Positions 27,815-42,131 are shown, counted from the first letter of the stretch. The stretch is DNA of 64,000 bases from Octopus vulgaris (GCA_951406725.2 OX597822.1:39618001-39682000); one strand, 5' to 3'. Numbers and translations: made by a program. Notes: generated by a model not told the origin, from the letters alone.

Positions 27815-28312
27815 TGTGTGAGGGTGAGAGTGAGAGAGAGAGAGAAATTGGTGAGAATATGACGGAGGTAGGAAGCAGTGTAGAGATGCATAGGAGTTGA
27901 AGTAGGTGCTCGTTTAGTGGCGATCCAAGGAGAGTAGGATTATTAGTTGAAGAGAGTTTGATGTTAGACGATAGGAATCGGGTATTGGAACTCTGTGTGT
28001 GTGCGTGTGTGTTAGTCTATGCGCGTGTATGTGTGCATTAGTGTATGAGTGTGTATGTGTGTATGTATATGTGCGTGTGTGTATGTGTGTGTGTGCGTGT
28101 GTGTGTGTGTGTTAGTGCGTGTGTGTGTGTGTGACAGTTATGACGGTGGCGGGCAGTAAGAACGTTTAAAGTTTAAGTTATGAATTCTCTGTGAAGTTAC
28201 GAGTATACATCGATATAGGCAGCTATACTTCGCATATGCAATATACATACGCACATACATACATACATACATACATACATACATACATACATACATACAT
28301 ACATACATACGT

Positions 28313-28351
<39 letters not shown>

Positions 28352-28587
28352 ATATATACATATAATATATATATACATATAATATATATATACATATAAT
28401 ATATATATACATATAATATATATATACATATACTATATATACATATATATATATATATTTATATATATATATATATACGTATCTATATGTATGTGATATG
28501 TATATAAATGTATGTATGTATGTATGTATGTATGTATGCATGTGTGTGTATATATCATATAGACAAAACGTTACAAAGTCTAAAAGA

Positions 28588-28704
<117 letters not shown>

Positions 28705-29377
28705 ATATGTATATGTATATATATATATATAAATACATATATGTGTATATATACATACATACATACATACATACATGCATACATGCATACATACATACAC
28801 ATACATATGCAAAGTGAGGAAGGAAGAGGGGGAGAGAAAAGAAAGGAGTAGAGAAGGAAAACGAGAGATAGACACAACGATATCTTTTCACAAATTATTT
28901 GGAAACTCTCCTTGCTTTCTTCTCGTTTTAAGATAATTTTTCTTTTACCGAAAGACCCAAGCCGCAATATTCTCCTGTGTCAAATGAGACAAATTAAATC
29001 GCTTTTTATAGTTTTCTTTTTGTAGAGCATTTGCGTTAACTTGTATGCTTGAAGTTCCTAGAACTGCGTTTTCGGTAATGTTGATATTGTTGTTGCACTT
29101 CTTGATTTTTGTTATTGTTTTTGTTGTTGTTGTTGCTCTTAGAGTTTTTGTAGCCGTTGCTGCTCTTATGTAAATTATTCTTGAAGATCATATAGCTGGG
29201 TTGTTGATTTTGCGGTTGATCTTACTGGATTACGGTAGCAGCAGCAACAGCAGCAGCAGTAGTAGTAGTAGTAGCAGTAGTAGTAGTAGCAGTAGTAGTA
29301 GTAGTAGCAGGTAGTAGTAGTAGCAGTAGTAGTAGTAGTAGCAGTAGTAGTAGTAGCAGTAGTAGTAGTAGTAGCAA

Positions 29378-29415
<38 letters not shown>

Positions 29416-30031
29416 ATAGCAGTGGTAGTAGTAGCAGCTGTTGTTGTTTTTACTGGTTGTCATTGTGGCTGTTGTTTGCGTTGTTGTTACTTCCTTCACG
29501 CGCACATACACACACACACACACACGCGCACACACACACACATTAGATCTGCAAGCAGATTCAAGCAAATGTGGGCGCCATGTTATTATACATGCAAACG
29601 TAATCGCACAACATCTCTCTTGATGTCAATACACACTGACACGTACACATACGTACATGCATACACACACACACACATACACTCTCACTCACACACACAC
29701 ACACATACGCAATCAAATATACACGAACAAAGAAGCCCGTTTCATCATTTCGGCCGCCTGTATTCGCGATAGTGCTCTTTCGGTCATTATCCATCATTCA
29801 CACGCACGTAAACGTTATTGAAGCTACCGAGTTTGGCTTCTTTTTTTTTTAACCAGCCTCTCTTCTTCTGAGGATCGAACGCTGAAGCTGGCGCATTATT
29901 ATGACAGCGTCTGCATTTTTAGCATCCAATTCAGTTTCTTCTATCCATCATTCGTGAATACGGCTTCGAGATAAAGTTTTCTACTTGTATAGAATTCACT
30001 GGGATGCGTATTTTGAGGGGAACAATCCCTC

Positions 30032-30065
<34 letters not shown>

Positions 30066-30537
30066 TATATATATATATATACAATAATAATATTAGGGAA
30101 TAAATCCAAACTTACAGGGAAAAATGAGACTTAGGATTAAATCCAATTTTATAGTATAAATATATTATATTATATTAAATTAGAGATAGAACCACTATTA
30201 GGCAAATCAAACAGTGAAAAACATAAGCCAATACATAAAATTAATTTTAAATTAATTTAAAAATATAAAAGTTAAAAATAAAAAATTATTTAAATAATTT
30301 AAACTTATAAATTTTATATATATATATACAAATATATATATATATGTATGTATGTATATTTTTATATTTATATATTATTTTATTAATTAATTAATTAATT
30401 AATTTATTTATTTATTTATTTATTTATTTTATTTTATATATCAAAAGTATTAAAAGTTTAATAAAAGATAAATACATACATACATACATACATACATACA
30501 TACATACATACATACATACATACATACATACATACAT

Positions 30538-31093
30538 GGTGGCTGCCCCCTCGTTATCGAATATGGCCATTGCACGAAGCTTAATCAATGTTGTTATCGT
30601 GCAATGCCTGTGCACGAAGATTTTTTTAAAGTGAGGAAAGGCTGTGCACTGAGTCAATTCCACTCACTAACCAACAGCAGCCATAATCCGAAAAGAAGAA
30701 CAAGTCAACATCATCGGTAACCACTGAGCCGCAGCTTTTATGTCGGAGTTATCCCAGTTACCCGAGTTACCTTCACCTAGAAGGATGCCCTAACAAAGGC
30801 TAGGAGTCCTTCACTCCCACTGGTTTAACCGCGCGATCGGGTATTCCGTCCGATTATTTCTATGTCCCCGCGCATGATACAGCCTTAAGACATTTATTGG
30901 ATGGTCGTTGACTCTCAAGAGTTCCTCCGCCCTTTGACGGGTTTTGTTTTGCATCCCGCAGGGTGTCCAATAAACACCCTCCTCACCAAGCAAGCTTGGT
31001 GGGGTTGCCGGTTTAGTCGCCGACGACCCGAGCATGCAACAGGTTGTTCTGGGTTACATGTTACCAGTAGCACTCGAAAGTGACCTGACCTAC
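30538..31093 (-). mobile_element. RTE-like non-autonomous element (5' UTR joined to 3' end), (TATG)n tail
   Basis: GTCG..GGCGACTAAA and AAAACCC motifs resembling RTE 5' UTRs; microsatellite tail; no ORF. Confidence 0.5.
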
Positions 31094-31249
31094 ATACATA
31101 CATACATGTATATAATGAGGATTGAATATTTTCTGTGAATAAATTATAAATTTACGTAGTTTCTGCATTTTATGTGAGAAAAGGACTTGATACTAGTCAG
31201 CATATATATATCAAATAAAGTAAAATGAAAAACAGGACACAAAGGATGT

Positions 31250-31344
31250 CGCGATACACATGTTTCGAGCTTTATAAAACAACTTATTCTTACATCAATG
31301 TATAATCGACATAACAGATAGTTTAAAAGCCCTCTTCAGTCGCA
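31250..31344 (-). ncRNA. Type I hammerhead ribozyme motif
   Basis: Stem I TGCGA/TCGCG; CTGAAGA; stem II GGGCTTT/AAAGCTC; GAAA; self-complementary ACATGTGT; GUA site. Confidence 0.78.
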
Positions 31345-31691
31345 TGCAATTGCTACACCAAAGACTTGTATCACATTATGAAAGGTTTGAGAAAGAACAT
31401 TTGGTATTATTTATAATGGTAGGTAAACTGAGTATCTGTGGGAAAGTATGTTTGTAAATTTTCATAATCAAATAGGCGTACAGGGTAATATTGGACTCCA
31501 AAAATCCGTCCATACCGTTTCCTCACTCAATATAGAGTGGATACTGGGTAGATTTCGGTTGGGTTCATTCTTCTTGTAAGGGAAGGAAGGAAATAAGTTC
31601 CTTCCCTTACAAGAAATGAAATGAAGTATTGATTGTCTTATTGAACAAATGAAATACTGAAATATTTAATTAAATATTGAATGCATATTCT

Positions 31692-31776
<85 letters not shown>

Positions 31777-31797
31777 TATACATATATATATATAATA

Positions 31798-31961
31798 GGC
31801 GCAGGAGTGGCTGTGTGGTAAGTAGCTTGCTTACCAACCACATAGTTCCGGGTTCAGTACCACTGCGTGGCACCTTGGGTAAGTGTCTTCTACTATTGCC
31901 TCGGGCCGACCAAAGCCTTGTGAATGGATTTGGTAGACGGAAACTGAAAGAATCCCGTCGT
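31798..31961 (+). mobile_element. SINE family A, 5' half
   Basis: Close match to 1663-1828. Confidence 0.85.
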
Positions 31962-32274
31962 ATATATATATATATATATGTACGTGTATGTATGTATGTA
32001 TGTATGTTAGCATGTATGTATTTATGTATGTATGTATGAAGACTATTCTTATACATAAAAAATCCATTGTTTCACAAATTCACACGGAAGCGCCCATGTA
32101 TATAAATGTGCAGATAAATAGTAGAAAATGGAACTTCGTCGATTTCAACGATGATTATTCTAGTTCTCTGTGCCATTGATTAGCTCCTCATCGTCTTAGC
32201 AGCTAAGTATCTTATAGTCACGTGGGCCCCTATCCTAAACCTCATGCAGAATCAGCGTGACTTGGTATGAGAAA

Positions 32275-32620
32275 GGGGCAAGCTGGGAGAAACGTTAGCG
32301 CGCCGGGCGAAATGCTTAGCGGTATCCCGTTTGTCGCTACGTTCTGAGTTCAAATTCCGCCGAGGTCGACTTTGCCTTACATCCTTTCGGGGTCGATTAA
32401 ATAAGTACCAGTTACGCACTGGGGTCGATATAATCGACTTAATCCGTTTGTCTGTCTTTGTTTTTCCTGTCTGTGTTTAGCCCCTTGTGGGTAGTAAAGA
32501 AATAGGTATTTCGTCTATCTTTACGTTCTGAGTTCAAATTCCGCTGTGGTTGACTTTGCCGTTCATCCTTTCAGGATCGATGAATTAAGTACCAGTTGCT
32601 TACTGGGGTCGATCTAAAAG
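32275..32620 (+). mobile_element. SINE family B, partial dimer
   Basis: B box plus central domain present twice. Confidence 0.85.
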
Positions 32621-32710
32621 TAGATACTGATTATCCTACCTAAGTAGTCGGATCGAACCCGGTACCTTGCGATTACGTAGAGAACTTCTTGACTCCCCAG
32701 TAAACACATT

Positions 32711-32899
32711 TGGTGCAGGCATGGCTAAGTAGTTAATGAAGCATGTTTTACAACCATGTGGCATCGGGTTCAGTCTCACTACATGGCACCTTGGGGAAGT
32801 GTTTTCTGTTGTAGCCCCGGGCAGATTAATGTCTTGCAAGTGAAGTTGGTAAACGGAAACCGTGTGGAAACCCGATAGATAGATAGATAGATAGATAGT

Positions 32900-32956
<57 letters not shown>

Positions 32957-33207
32957 GTACATGTGTGTGCATGTCTCTCCTCTCCACTTGACAACCGCTG
33001 TTGGTTTGTTTACGTCTCCGCAAATTAGTGCTTCTCCATGAGACCGAAAGAATACGTAACAGACTGAAAAAATAAATAAATGAAATAAAAAAAAAACCTC
33101 TAAACATTAGCATTGGGGTTGATTTGTTCGACTGAAACCCTTCAAAGCAGTACTCCAGCATGGTCGCAGTCCAATGACTGACACAAGTAAAAGACAAAGA
33201 TGAAGAT
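32711..33207 (+). mobile_element. SINE family A, diverged, internal (GATA)n
   Basis: Head and tail homology. Confidence 0.75.
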
Positions 33208-33298
33208 AAACGCACGAGCAAAAACTTACATTCACAACCACCCCACTCTCACACAAATATATGTGTGTGGGTGTATGTGTGTACATGTATATATCTAT

Positions 33299-33359
<61 letters not shown>

Positions 33360-33719
33360 TCTGTGTGTGTGCGTGTGTGTGTATGTGTGTGTATGAGGAT
33401 GATGATGATGATGATGATAGTTGTGGGGTAGGAGTCCTTCGTGTTTTCTGGTAGTCTATTGATAGTAGAAGAGTGAAATGTTGGTAGGTAAGGGGTGAAC
33501 GTGGGGTAAGTATCTTTTTATCTAATAAGTAAGCATGTTGTCTAGAGCCTTATTCCTAAGATGTAAATAGATGTATGTGTATAAATATACACACAGACAC
33601 ACGCACGCGCATACGTTCATACATTCATAATAGGATATATATATCTATATGTGTGTGTGCGTGTGCCCATTTGCGCGTTTGTGTGGTGCGTGTGTATGTC
33701 TATTTTTAAATGTTTCTTT

Positions 33720-33771
<52 letters not shown>

Positions 33772-33857
33772 CCACCATCACCACCATCATCATCATCATC
33801 ATCATCATCATCCTTCTTCTTATCATCATCATCATCATCACCATCAGCATCAGCATC

Positions 33858-33921
<64 letters not shown>

Positions 33922-33960
33922 GCATCATCATCATCATCATCATTATTGTCATTATTGTTG

Positions 33961-34009
<49 letters not shown>

Positions 34010-34065
34010 CATCATCATCATCATCATCATCATTATTGTTATTATTATTGTTATTGTTATTATTA

Positions 34066-34135
<70 letters not shown>

Positions 34136-34463
34136 CATCATTATAATTATTTCTAAACTCCCAAGAACGTAAAGGCCGCTTTTATCGTCTTCTGTTCGTT
34201 GAAATTCAGACAACAACAAACAACCTGATAGAATTACAAGCCAAACTTTCATAGTATCATGTATATCTTTATTTCTTCCCGTTCATAGAATGGAATTGTA
34301 CAACACTGATTAAGGAATTATTTTTGTTTCGTATTTTTCGAGACGAGACAGCTTCTTATAACTTCTCAAGGTTACAGTTTAAACATTTACATCGATATCT
34401 AGAGCATTCTCCTTTCCTTTTTTTTCTTTGCTTCTCTCTCTCTTTTATTATTATTATTATTAC

Positions 34464-34529
<66 letters not shown>

Positions 34530-34809
34530 GCTTCTTGCCCTTTAGCTTCATATCAGCTTTTATCAAACACGTATATGATCAATGATATTTCAGCTGTGAT
34601 CATCTCATTTGTTTCTTTTCTTTCAGACCGTACGCTTGCCATAGACCAGACTTTGCAAAAGAGGCCCAAAGGTTACATGGCGGTGCTAAACTGGGAGTTT
34701 GATTAAATTTACCACCCAAACATTGTATAAGACGAAAATAAAAGATAAGAAAGCCTATGAGAACTGTAATAAACAACATCCCTGCTGTTGAAGACTCCAC
34801 TTGTTATTG

Positions 34810-35410
34810 TAGGGGTACAGATGACGTCTAAAGTACGATATAAAGGTCCAAAAGTACAGGAAAATTACAAGGATAAACAATTTTTCCCACGTTACAAATG
34901 GTATAATAGAAAGGGCCAGAGTACAAATATTTCAAAAAGTACAAAAGCAAACAATAGTTTTTCCCACATTATGAAGAGTACAATATAAAGGGCCAAGAGT
35001 ACAAATACTAAAAAAAGTACAAAAGTAAATAATTGTTCCCACATTACGAAGAGTACAATATAAAGGGCCAAGAGTACAAAAGTTCAAAAAGTACAAAAGT
35101 AAACAATTTTTCCTGCATTGCAGAAAGTACAATAAAAAATGCCGAGGATACAAATATTAAAAAGTACAAGAAAAGTACAATATTAACATCAATTCTTCAC
35201 GCATTACAAAGAGTACAATATAAAGGTGAAGAGTACAAAAATTAAAAATGTAGAAAATTAACAAATTTTCCCATATTACAAAAATTATAATTTAAAGGGC
35301 CAAGAGTACAAACATTAAAATGTACACGAAAAGTACGAAAGCAAACAACAATTTTTGCCACATTACAAAGAGTACAAAAATCTCAACATTCTCTGTACAA
35401 TTACCCCCGT
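34810..35410. repeat. Degenerate tandem array of about 75-90 bp units rich in AGTACAA
   Basis: Recurring CACATTA..AAGAGTACAATATAAAGGGCCAAGAGTACAAA. Confidence 0.75.
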
Positions 35411-35639
35411 CGGATCTTTATTGTCCCAACATCGCATTTATCTCATAAACGACACTATTACCATAACATAACCACCACAAGATCACAACTGCAACACCAG
35501 CGCAGCAAAAAATCTATATACAATCTGAGACATTTCCTACATAGCTAACCCATGCGTGATGTGTGTATACACACATACAAACATACATACATACATACAT
35601 ACATACATACATACATACATACATACATACATACATACG

Positions 35640-35672
<33 letters not shown>

Positions 35673-36496
35673 GCGTACATGCATACATACATACACACAA
35701 ACATACGTTCATACATACATACATACGTACATACATACATATGTACATACATATTTACATGCATTCATACAGACGTACATACATACATAAATACATACAT
35801 ACATGCATACATGCATACATACACACAAACATACGTTCATACATACGTTCATACATATATACGTTCATACATACATACATATGTGCATACATACTTACAT
35901 GCATGCATACAGACGTACATACATACATACATACATACATACATACATAAATAAATAAATAAATAAATACATACATACATACATATATGTAGGAACCATT
36001 TCTTATTACAGCGGCAGGCGTGTCTGTGTGGTAAGAAGTTTGCTTCCCAACCACATGGTTTTGGGTTCAGTCCCACTCCATGGAACCTCGAGTAAGTTTT
36101 TTCTACTATAGCCTCGGGCCGACCAAAACTAATAAAGAGATTTAGTTAATGGAAACTGAAAGAAGCATTTCTTATACATATATGTGTGCACATACAAACA
36201 TGCCCTCGCAAACGTATATATCCATACACACACACACACACACCAATAAACACGCACTAACAAATGCACATACGCACACACATAAACATATGTTGGCTTT
36301 CACATCGCTTCTTTTCTTCGGCGCAGGCGTGGCTGTATGGTAAGTAGCTTGTTTACCAGCCTCACGGTTCCAGGTTCAGCCGCACTGCTTGGTACCTAGG
36401 GCAAGTGTCTTCTACTATAGCCTCGGGCCGACAAAAGCCTTGTGAGTGGATTTGTTAGAAGGAAACTGAAAGACGGCCATCTTATCTATCTCTCTA

Positions 36497-37707
36497 CGGG
36501 GGTTGGATCAAATTATGTTCATAGCATCATAATTTTGAAATATCTATAAAACCGTCAAAAGCTTGTTTATTTTTATGTTTTTTTTTTTATTATTAGTGTT
36601 GCTTAATATGTTTTTGTTAAAATTGCTGTTTCTTTTCAGATATCATCAGAAAAAGGTAATTAAAATTCATTAAAATGACACATCTTTCATATTTTCAAAA
36701 AGGTCAAATTGTTGGTGCTCGTATGGCAGGCGCTAGCGTAACAAAAACAGCCGAAATCTTTGGTGTATCAAGAAGTACTGTCTCGAAAATAATGACAGCC
36801 TCTGAGAAAGCGTGAAAATTCTCATCGTCGAAACTAAACTCCGAAAGAAAACCAAAATTTCAGATAGGAGCTGTCGGGCTCTAACGCGAATTGTTAGAAA
36901 GGATCACAAAAGTACAGCTCCCAAAATTACTGCAGAGCTTAATGACCACTTCTATAACCCAGTTTCCCCATAAAAACTGTTCGCCGGGAGCTGTATAAAG
37001 CTGGATTTCAAGGGAGGGCTGCAAGCAGAAAACCAATGCTTTCAAAAAAAATGTTATAATGCGATTAGAGTGGAGTAAAAACCTACAGAATTGGTCCCTA
37101 GAGCAGTGGAAGAATGTTATTTTCTCGGAAGAGTAATCCTTTACCTTATTTTCGACCACCAGCCGAGTATACGTGTGGAGACAGCCAAAAGAAGCATTTG
37201 ACCCAGACTGCCTTCTTCCAACTGTTAAACATGGAGGAGGATCTGTGATGATCTGGGGGTTGGGGTGGCTATATCTAAGCATTTTATCTGATCAAATTCA
37301 TCCTATGTTTACGGAACTGTTTCCGGAGGGAAACGCAATCTTTCAGGATGATAATGTACCAATTTACACAGCTAAAGTTGTTACTGAATTGCATGAGGAA
37401 CATTCTAGTGAAGTTGAACATCTTATCTGGCTACCATAGTCCCCAGATCTCAGTATTATTGAACATTTATGGTGCATTTTAGAAAAACAGGTAATGAGTC
37501 GATATCCTCCACCATCATCACTACAAAACCTGGAGAATGTTTTAGCTGAAGAATGGACAAAAATTCCTTTGGAAAAAATTCAAACTTCGTATGAGTCCAT
37601 ACCTCATAGAAGTCAAGCTGTAATTACTGCCAAAGGCGATCCCACTCCATGTTAAAGTAAATTTGTTTGAAATTTTAAAGTGTTTCCATTATTTTGTCCA
37701 GCCCCTA
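36497..37707 (+). mobile_element. Tc1-like DNA transposon with transposase pseudogene (36675-37655)
   Basis: TA flanks; imperfect TIRs (CGGGGGTTGGATCAAATTATG / CATTATTTTGTCCAGCCCCTA); QKGQIVG HTH start, TVKHGGGSVMIWG, FQDDN, SPDL..IEHLW; stops and frameshifts. Confidence 0.92.
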
Positions 37708-37784
<77 letters not shown>

Positions 37785-38059
37785 GTGTGTGTGTGTATGT
37801 ATGTATGTATGTTTGTGTGTCTGTGTTTGTCTCCCCACAATCGCGTGACAACCGATGTTGATGTGTTTACATCCCCGTAACCTAGCAGTTCGGCAAAAGA
37901 AACCGATAGAATAAGTACTAAGTTTATAAAGAATACGTCCTGTGGTCGATTTGTTCGACCAAAGGCGGTGCTCCAGCATGGCCTCAGTGAAATGACTGAA
38001 ACAAATAAAAGGATAAAAGAATATATATATATATTCTTTTATTCTGATATATATATATA

Positions 38060-38907
38060 AATGGATGAATGAATTATCCTTTGTTTACCGTTAACATGGA
38101 AAATTCAATAAACAATTACCAGAGTAGCAAAATTCACGCAAGTATCTCGGATGAAGCGACCTATTCAAAGGTAGAAACTCCGAGTTAATGTGCAATAATT
38201 TGTGTAGTATAAGTAAATAGATGGAGTTGAACGCAAATGTTATTAAAATTCATTTACTTTCGACATATGTTTCGAAGAAAACATTGGTTTATTCCAAAGG
38301 AATAAACGGTGTAAAATGCAATCGTCTCATCAGGAAAGAAAGAGAGTCTATCTCAACAACAAGACATTATAACAATTACGATGGCTGTATAAATGATAAA
38401 CAGAACGTTATTAAGTATTTTAAAAAAACCGTTAGTAGATTCGACGTCAAAGGCAGATACTAGAAAGAGAAGAGTTAAAGAAATAATAAGTAGAGAACAA
38501 ATAAAGAGGGATACGTTGGTTGAAAAAATGTTCAAAGGCTTAGAAGTAGATTTCTCTATTGAAGTAAAGTGCAAGTTAAACTAACTGTTCAAACTATAAA
38601 GACTGGCAAAATCACTTATATGAGCTAAAGGTATGTTTCTGCCAGTGTTTACATTTGTAAGATCGCTCTATAAGTGTGTTAACAAGGTGATTCTTAGAGA
38701 AGAGAATATGGAAGAGTTCAGAGTTGCAAATATTACAAAATCCCTTGCCCTTATCGTAAGGAAAAGATATGGACAGGATGAACCTATCTAACTTAACATT
38801 TTTATTGTTGTCTTTAAGATGCAAAACCAATTTACTTAGCCCTGTGCTATGACAATTACTGCTATCCCTAAATGATGAATAATGATTGGAAATTCTCTTT
38901 GTACCAA
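38060..38907 (-). mobile_element. Penelope-like element 3' fragment: GIY-YIG endonuclease C-terminus plus pLTR
   Basis: RISNHYSSFR..STGLSK..LK..CNICNSE..LVN..E..CKH (ORF 38612-39001) followed by a hammerhead. Confidence 0.8.
38257..38338 (-). ncRNA. Type I hammerhead ribozyme motif with intact core
   Basis: Stem I CTTTC/GAAAG; CTGATGA; stem II GACGA/TCTTC plus GTTTATTCC/GGAATAAAC; GAAA; palindromic ACATATGT; GUC site (predicted cut 38262/38261). Confidence 0.85.
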
Positions 38908-39000
38908 AATAAACACTCAAAACGCCAGGTCTGGGATTCGAAACCGCAATCTCACGACTGCGAGCCGCTTCCCTAACCACTGGGCCATTGTACCCCCACA
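38908..39000 (-). mobile_element. tRNA-derived SINE head (family C) fused to the PLE fragment
   Basis: TGGCCCAGTGG A box, GTTTCGAATCC B box; same head as 43700-44078. Confidence 0.8.
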
Positions 39001-39394
39001 ATGTAATATAATATAATATAATGTAATTTAAATCTTTCTTCTATACGCACAAAGCTTGAAATTTTGTGGGGAGGGGCTAGACTATTAGCTCGTTCCCAGT
39101 ATTCAACTGTTCTTTATTTCATCGATCTCAATAAGATGAAAGGCAAAATCGACCCTTACGGCACTTGAACAATAATATATTATAATATAGTATTATATTA
39201 TAAAGGCGGCGAGCTGGTAGAATCGTTAACATGCAGAGTAAAATGCTTAGCAGCTTTACGTTCTGGGTTCAAATGCCGCCGATGCCGACTTTGCCTTTCA
39301 TTCCCTTTCGGGGTCGATAAAATAAGCACTAAGATCAATGTTATCGAGTTGCCCCCTACCCCGAAATTGGTGACCTTGTACCAAAATTTTAAAA

Positions 39395-39459
<65 letters not shown>

Positions 39460-40459
39460 GATGAGGCTACAATTCATAGCATGCCCGAAGAAAAAGAGAA
39501 TGAAAGTAGAGAGAACTCAACGGAAAATGAAGCAAAGAATTTAAGAATGAGGGAAGAAAACGAAATTGTTGATTGTACAGGAAATACGTGAGACGCACAC
39601 ACATCTATTGACAAATACACCTATGCATATAGATAAAGGCAGATAGGCATATATAGTTGTACACACTCAGTTGAAATACTGGCTTTGCAATTTAGTACAG
39701 TGTGGCAGATATGAAGCTTAATAACACATTTCATGGTGTCGAGAGATGAATTATCGGGTATGACCCCTCAAGTTGAGTGCTTCAGTTAACAAAACCACGG
39801 GTACAAAACATGTATCTCGAGTTAACTGATTAATCTTGGTGGATTGATGAGGGAGAAGACAAGTAATTAAGAGTGGCGAGAGATGAATTGTCGGGGTGGG
39901 ATCTTTTGTATGTACTTTGTGTGTTTGTGAAGTGGTTATTAATTTTTGATGCCATGAGTAGAGAATGTAAGTGTTTTGATGAGAAACGTCCTTGTGTGTT
40001 TTTAAAGTACTGTGAACCGGGTGCTTGGTGCTGCGTAGTAGGGCGGATGGTAAATATAATTACAGCTGGCGAGAGATTCATTGACTGTCGGGGAGTTATT
40101 TAGGGGTTAAACGAGTAAACGTCCTCCATGTTTACAACGTTCGAAACAGTTATTCAGTTTAGGGTACACGGAAAGGGTAAATACAGGAGTTGAGAAGGTA
40201 AAATATGTTAGTGTGTTGCTTTTAGAACTGTTCTAGGATCGAATCTCACCTCTGTCAGAGTGATATGGAATAAAAATTCCTCATGTGCAGGAGTGGCTCT
40301 GTAGTAAGAAGTTTCCTTCACAACTAAATTCAGGGTTAAAGGATTAAGCCCCACTGTGTTGAGAACCTTGGGCAAGTGTCTTCTTTTATAGACTCGGGTC
40401 AGTGTATTTGTTAGACAGAAACTGAAAGAAGCCCGTTATATATATATATATATATATAT

Positions 40460-41454
40460 ATAAACAATAAATCAAATGGATAAAATCAATTGACAATCTA
40501 CTAATTTATTTATAATATAACATAATATACTATGAACATAATATATAACATAATATACTATGAACATAATATAATATAACATTAACAATTATTTAAAAAA
40601 AACCAAAAATAATAATCCTCATTTAAGTAACTTCAAATTTGGTTACTTCTGAAAAACTAGTAATATTTTGATATCCATTATTATAGCTTAACTCTATATC
40701 TTTGGTGTAATATAGGTTGTAGTTATCGTAGCTCTAAGTTTCTGTTCATATTTTTTACGGAATTCTCCCTCCGATAGACTAGGTAAATAAAGAACATATC
40801 TTTTGTTCGTTACTCTAAACAGTTTTTATATTAAATAACTTTAAATAAAAGAGAAGAGTTGTTATATATTACCAGTATGATAATATATTATCATTTATGT
40901 ATATTTACACGTTTTAATACAGTCTCTAGATTAATTAAGACCCTGATACTTAATTCATTCATATACTTATATATTGTTATTGTATGTTATTAGAATAACC
41001 AAAGATTGTCATCGGCCTAAACAAATTTGGATTAATATTGTTTGAGATATATAGCAATATATTTCGATAGTTGTAGATTCTATTTACTTAATTATTTTGT
41101 CCGTTATAATTTTGTTATTTTAATTGTAACTGTTATATGGTTGAAAATTTAACACACACGTTCCTTAAACATAGGCATTTGAAGGAATTTTTTTGCAATC
41201 TAGCCGTCCTTTCACATAGAATTTCCTTCGTGTTTTGAACCACAGCTCTGAAGAGACTTATATAAATGAATATGAATTGTTTACAAGTCAAATAATGTAT
41301 AAAGTCGAAACGAATTGTTGACTTTTTTGGTTTTTTAATAATTTTTTTAATGCTATCTTATATTATATTATATTCATAGTATATTATGTTATATTATAAT
41401 ATAAATAAATTATCAGATTGTCAATTGAATAGCTCTATTAAATTTATTGTTTAT
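40460..41454. mobile_element. PLE-like remnant with about 140 bp inverted ends and a degenerate hammerhead (41243-41322, +)
   Basis: Inverted arms 40460-40610 / 41323-41454; CTGAAGA-GACTT..AAGTC-GAAA; weak GIY-YIG-like LSEGEFRKKY on the minus strand. Confidence 0.55.
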
Positions 41455-41555
41455 ACTCCTATTTCTGTGGTATTCAACTGACGTGCCAGTGAATTGAATG
41501 TTTTTACATAGCCCTTTGAAGGAATTTCTTTCCTTAGTTGTCACTTTAATATATA

Positions 41556-41946
41556 GGCGTATGTGGTAAGTAGTTCGCTTACCAACCACATGGTTCCGGA
41601 TTTAGTCCCACTTCGTGGCACCTTGGGCAAATAACTTCTACTATAGCCTCGGGCCGACCAAAGCCTTGTGAGTGGATTTGGTAGACGGAAACTGAATGAA
41701 GCCTGTCGTATATATATAAATGTGTGTGTGTATGTTTGTGTCTGTTTTTGTTCCCCCAACATTGCTTGACAGCTGATGCGGGTGTGTTTACGTCCCCGTA
41801 ACTTAGCGGTTCGGCAAAAGAGACCGACAGAATAAGTACTAGGCTTACAGAGAATAAGTCCTGGGGTCGATTTGCTCGACTAAAGGCGGTGTTACAGTAT
41901 GGCCACATCAAACTGAAACAAGTAAAAGAGTAAAAGAGTAAGAGTA
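41556..41946 (+). mobile_element. SINE family A
   Basis: Near full-length match. Confidence 0.88.
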
Positions 41947-42067
41947 ATATATATATATATACATACATGTATATAAATACACATATGAAAATACATATAC
42001 ATTCATATATATACATATAAAGATATACATATATATGTATATATATATGCATACATACATATATATG

Positions 42068-42131
<64 letters not shown>

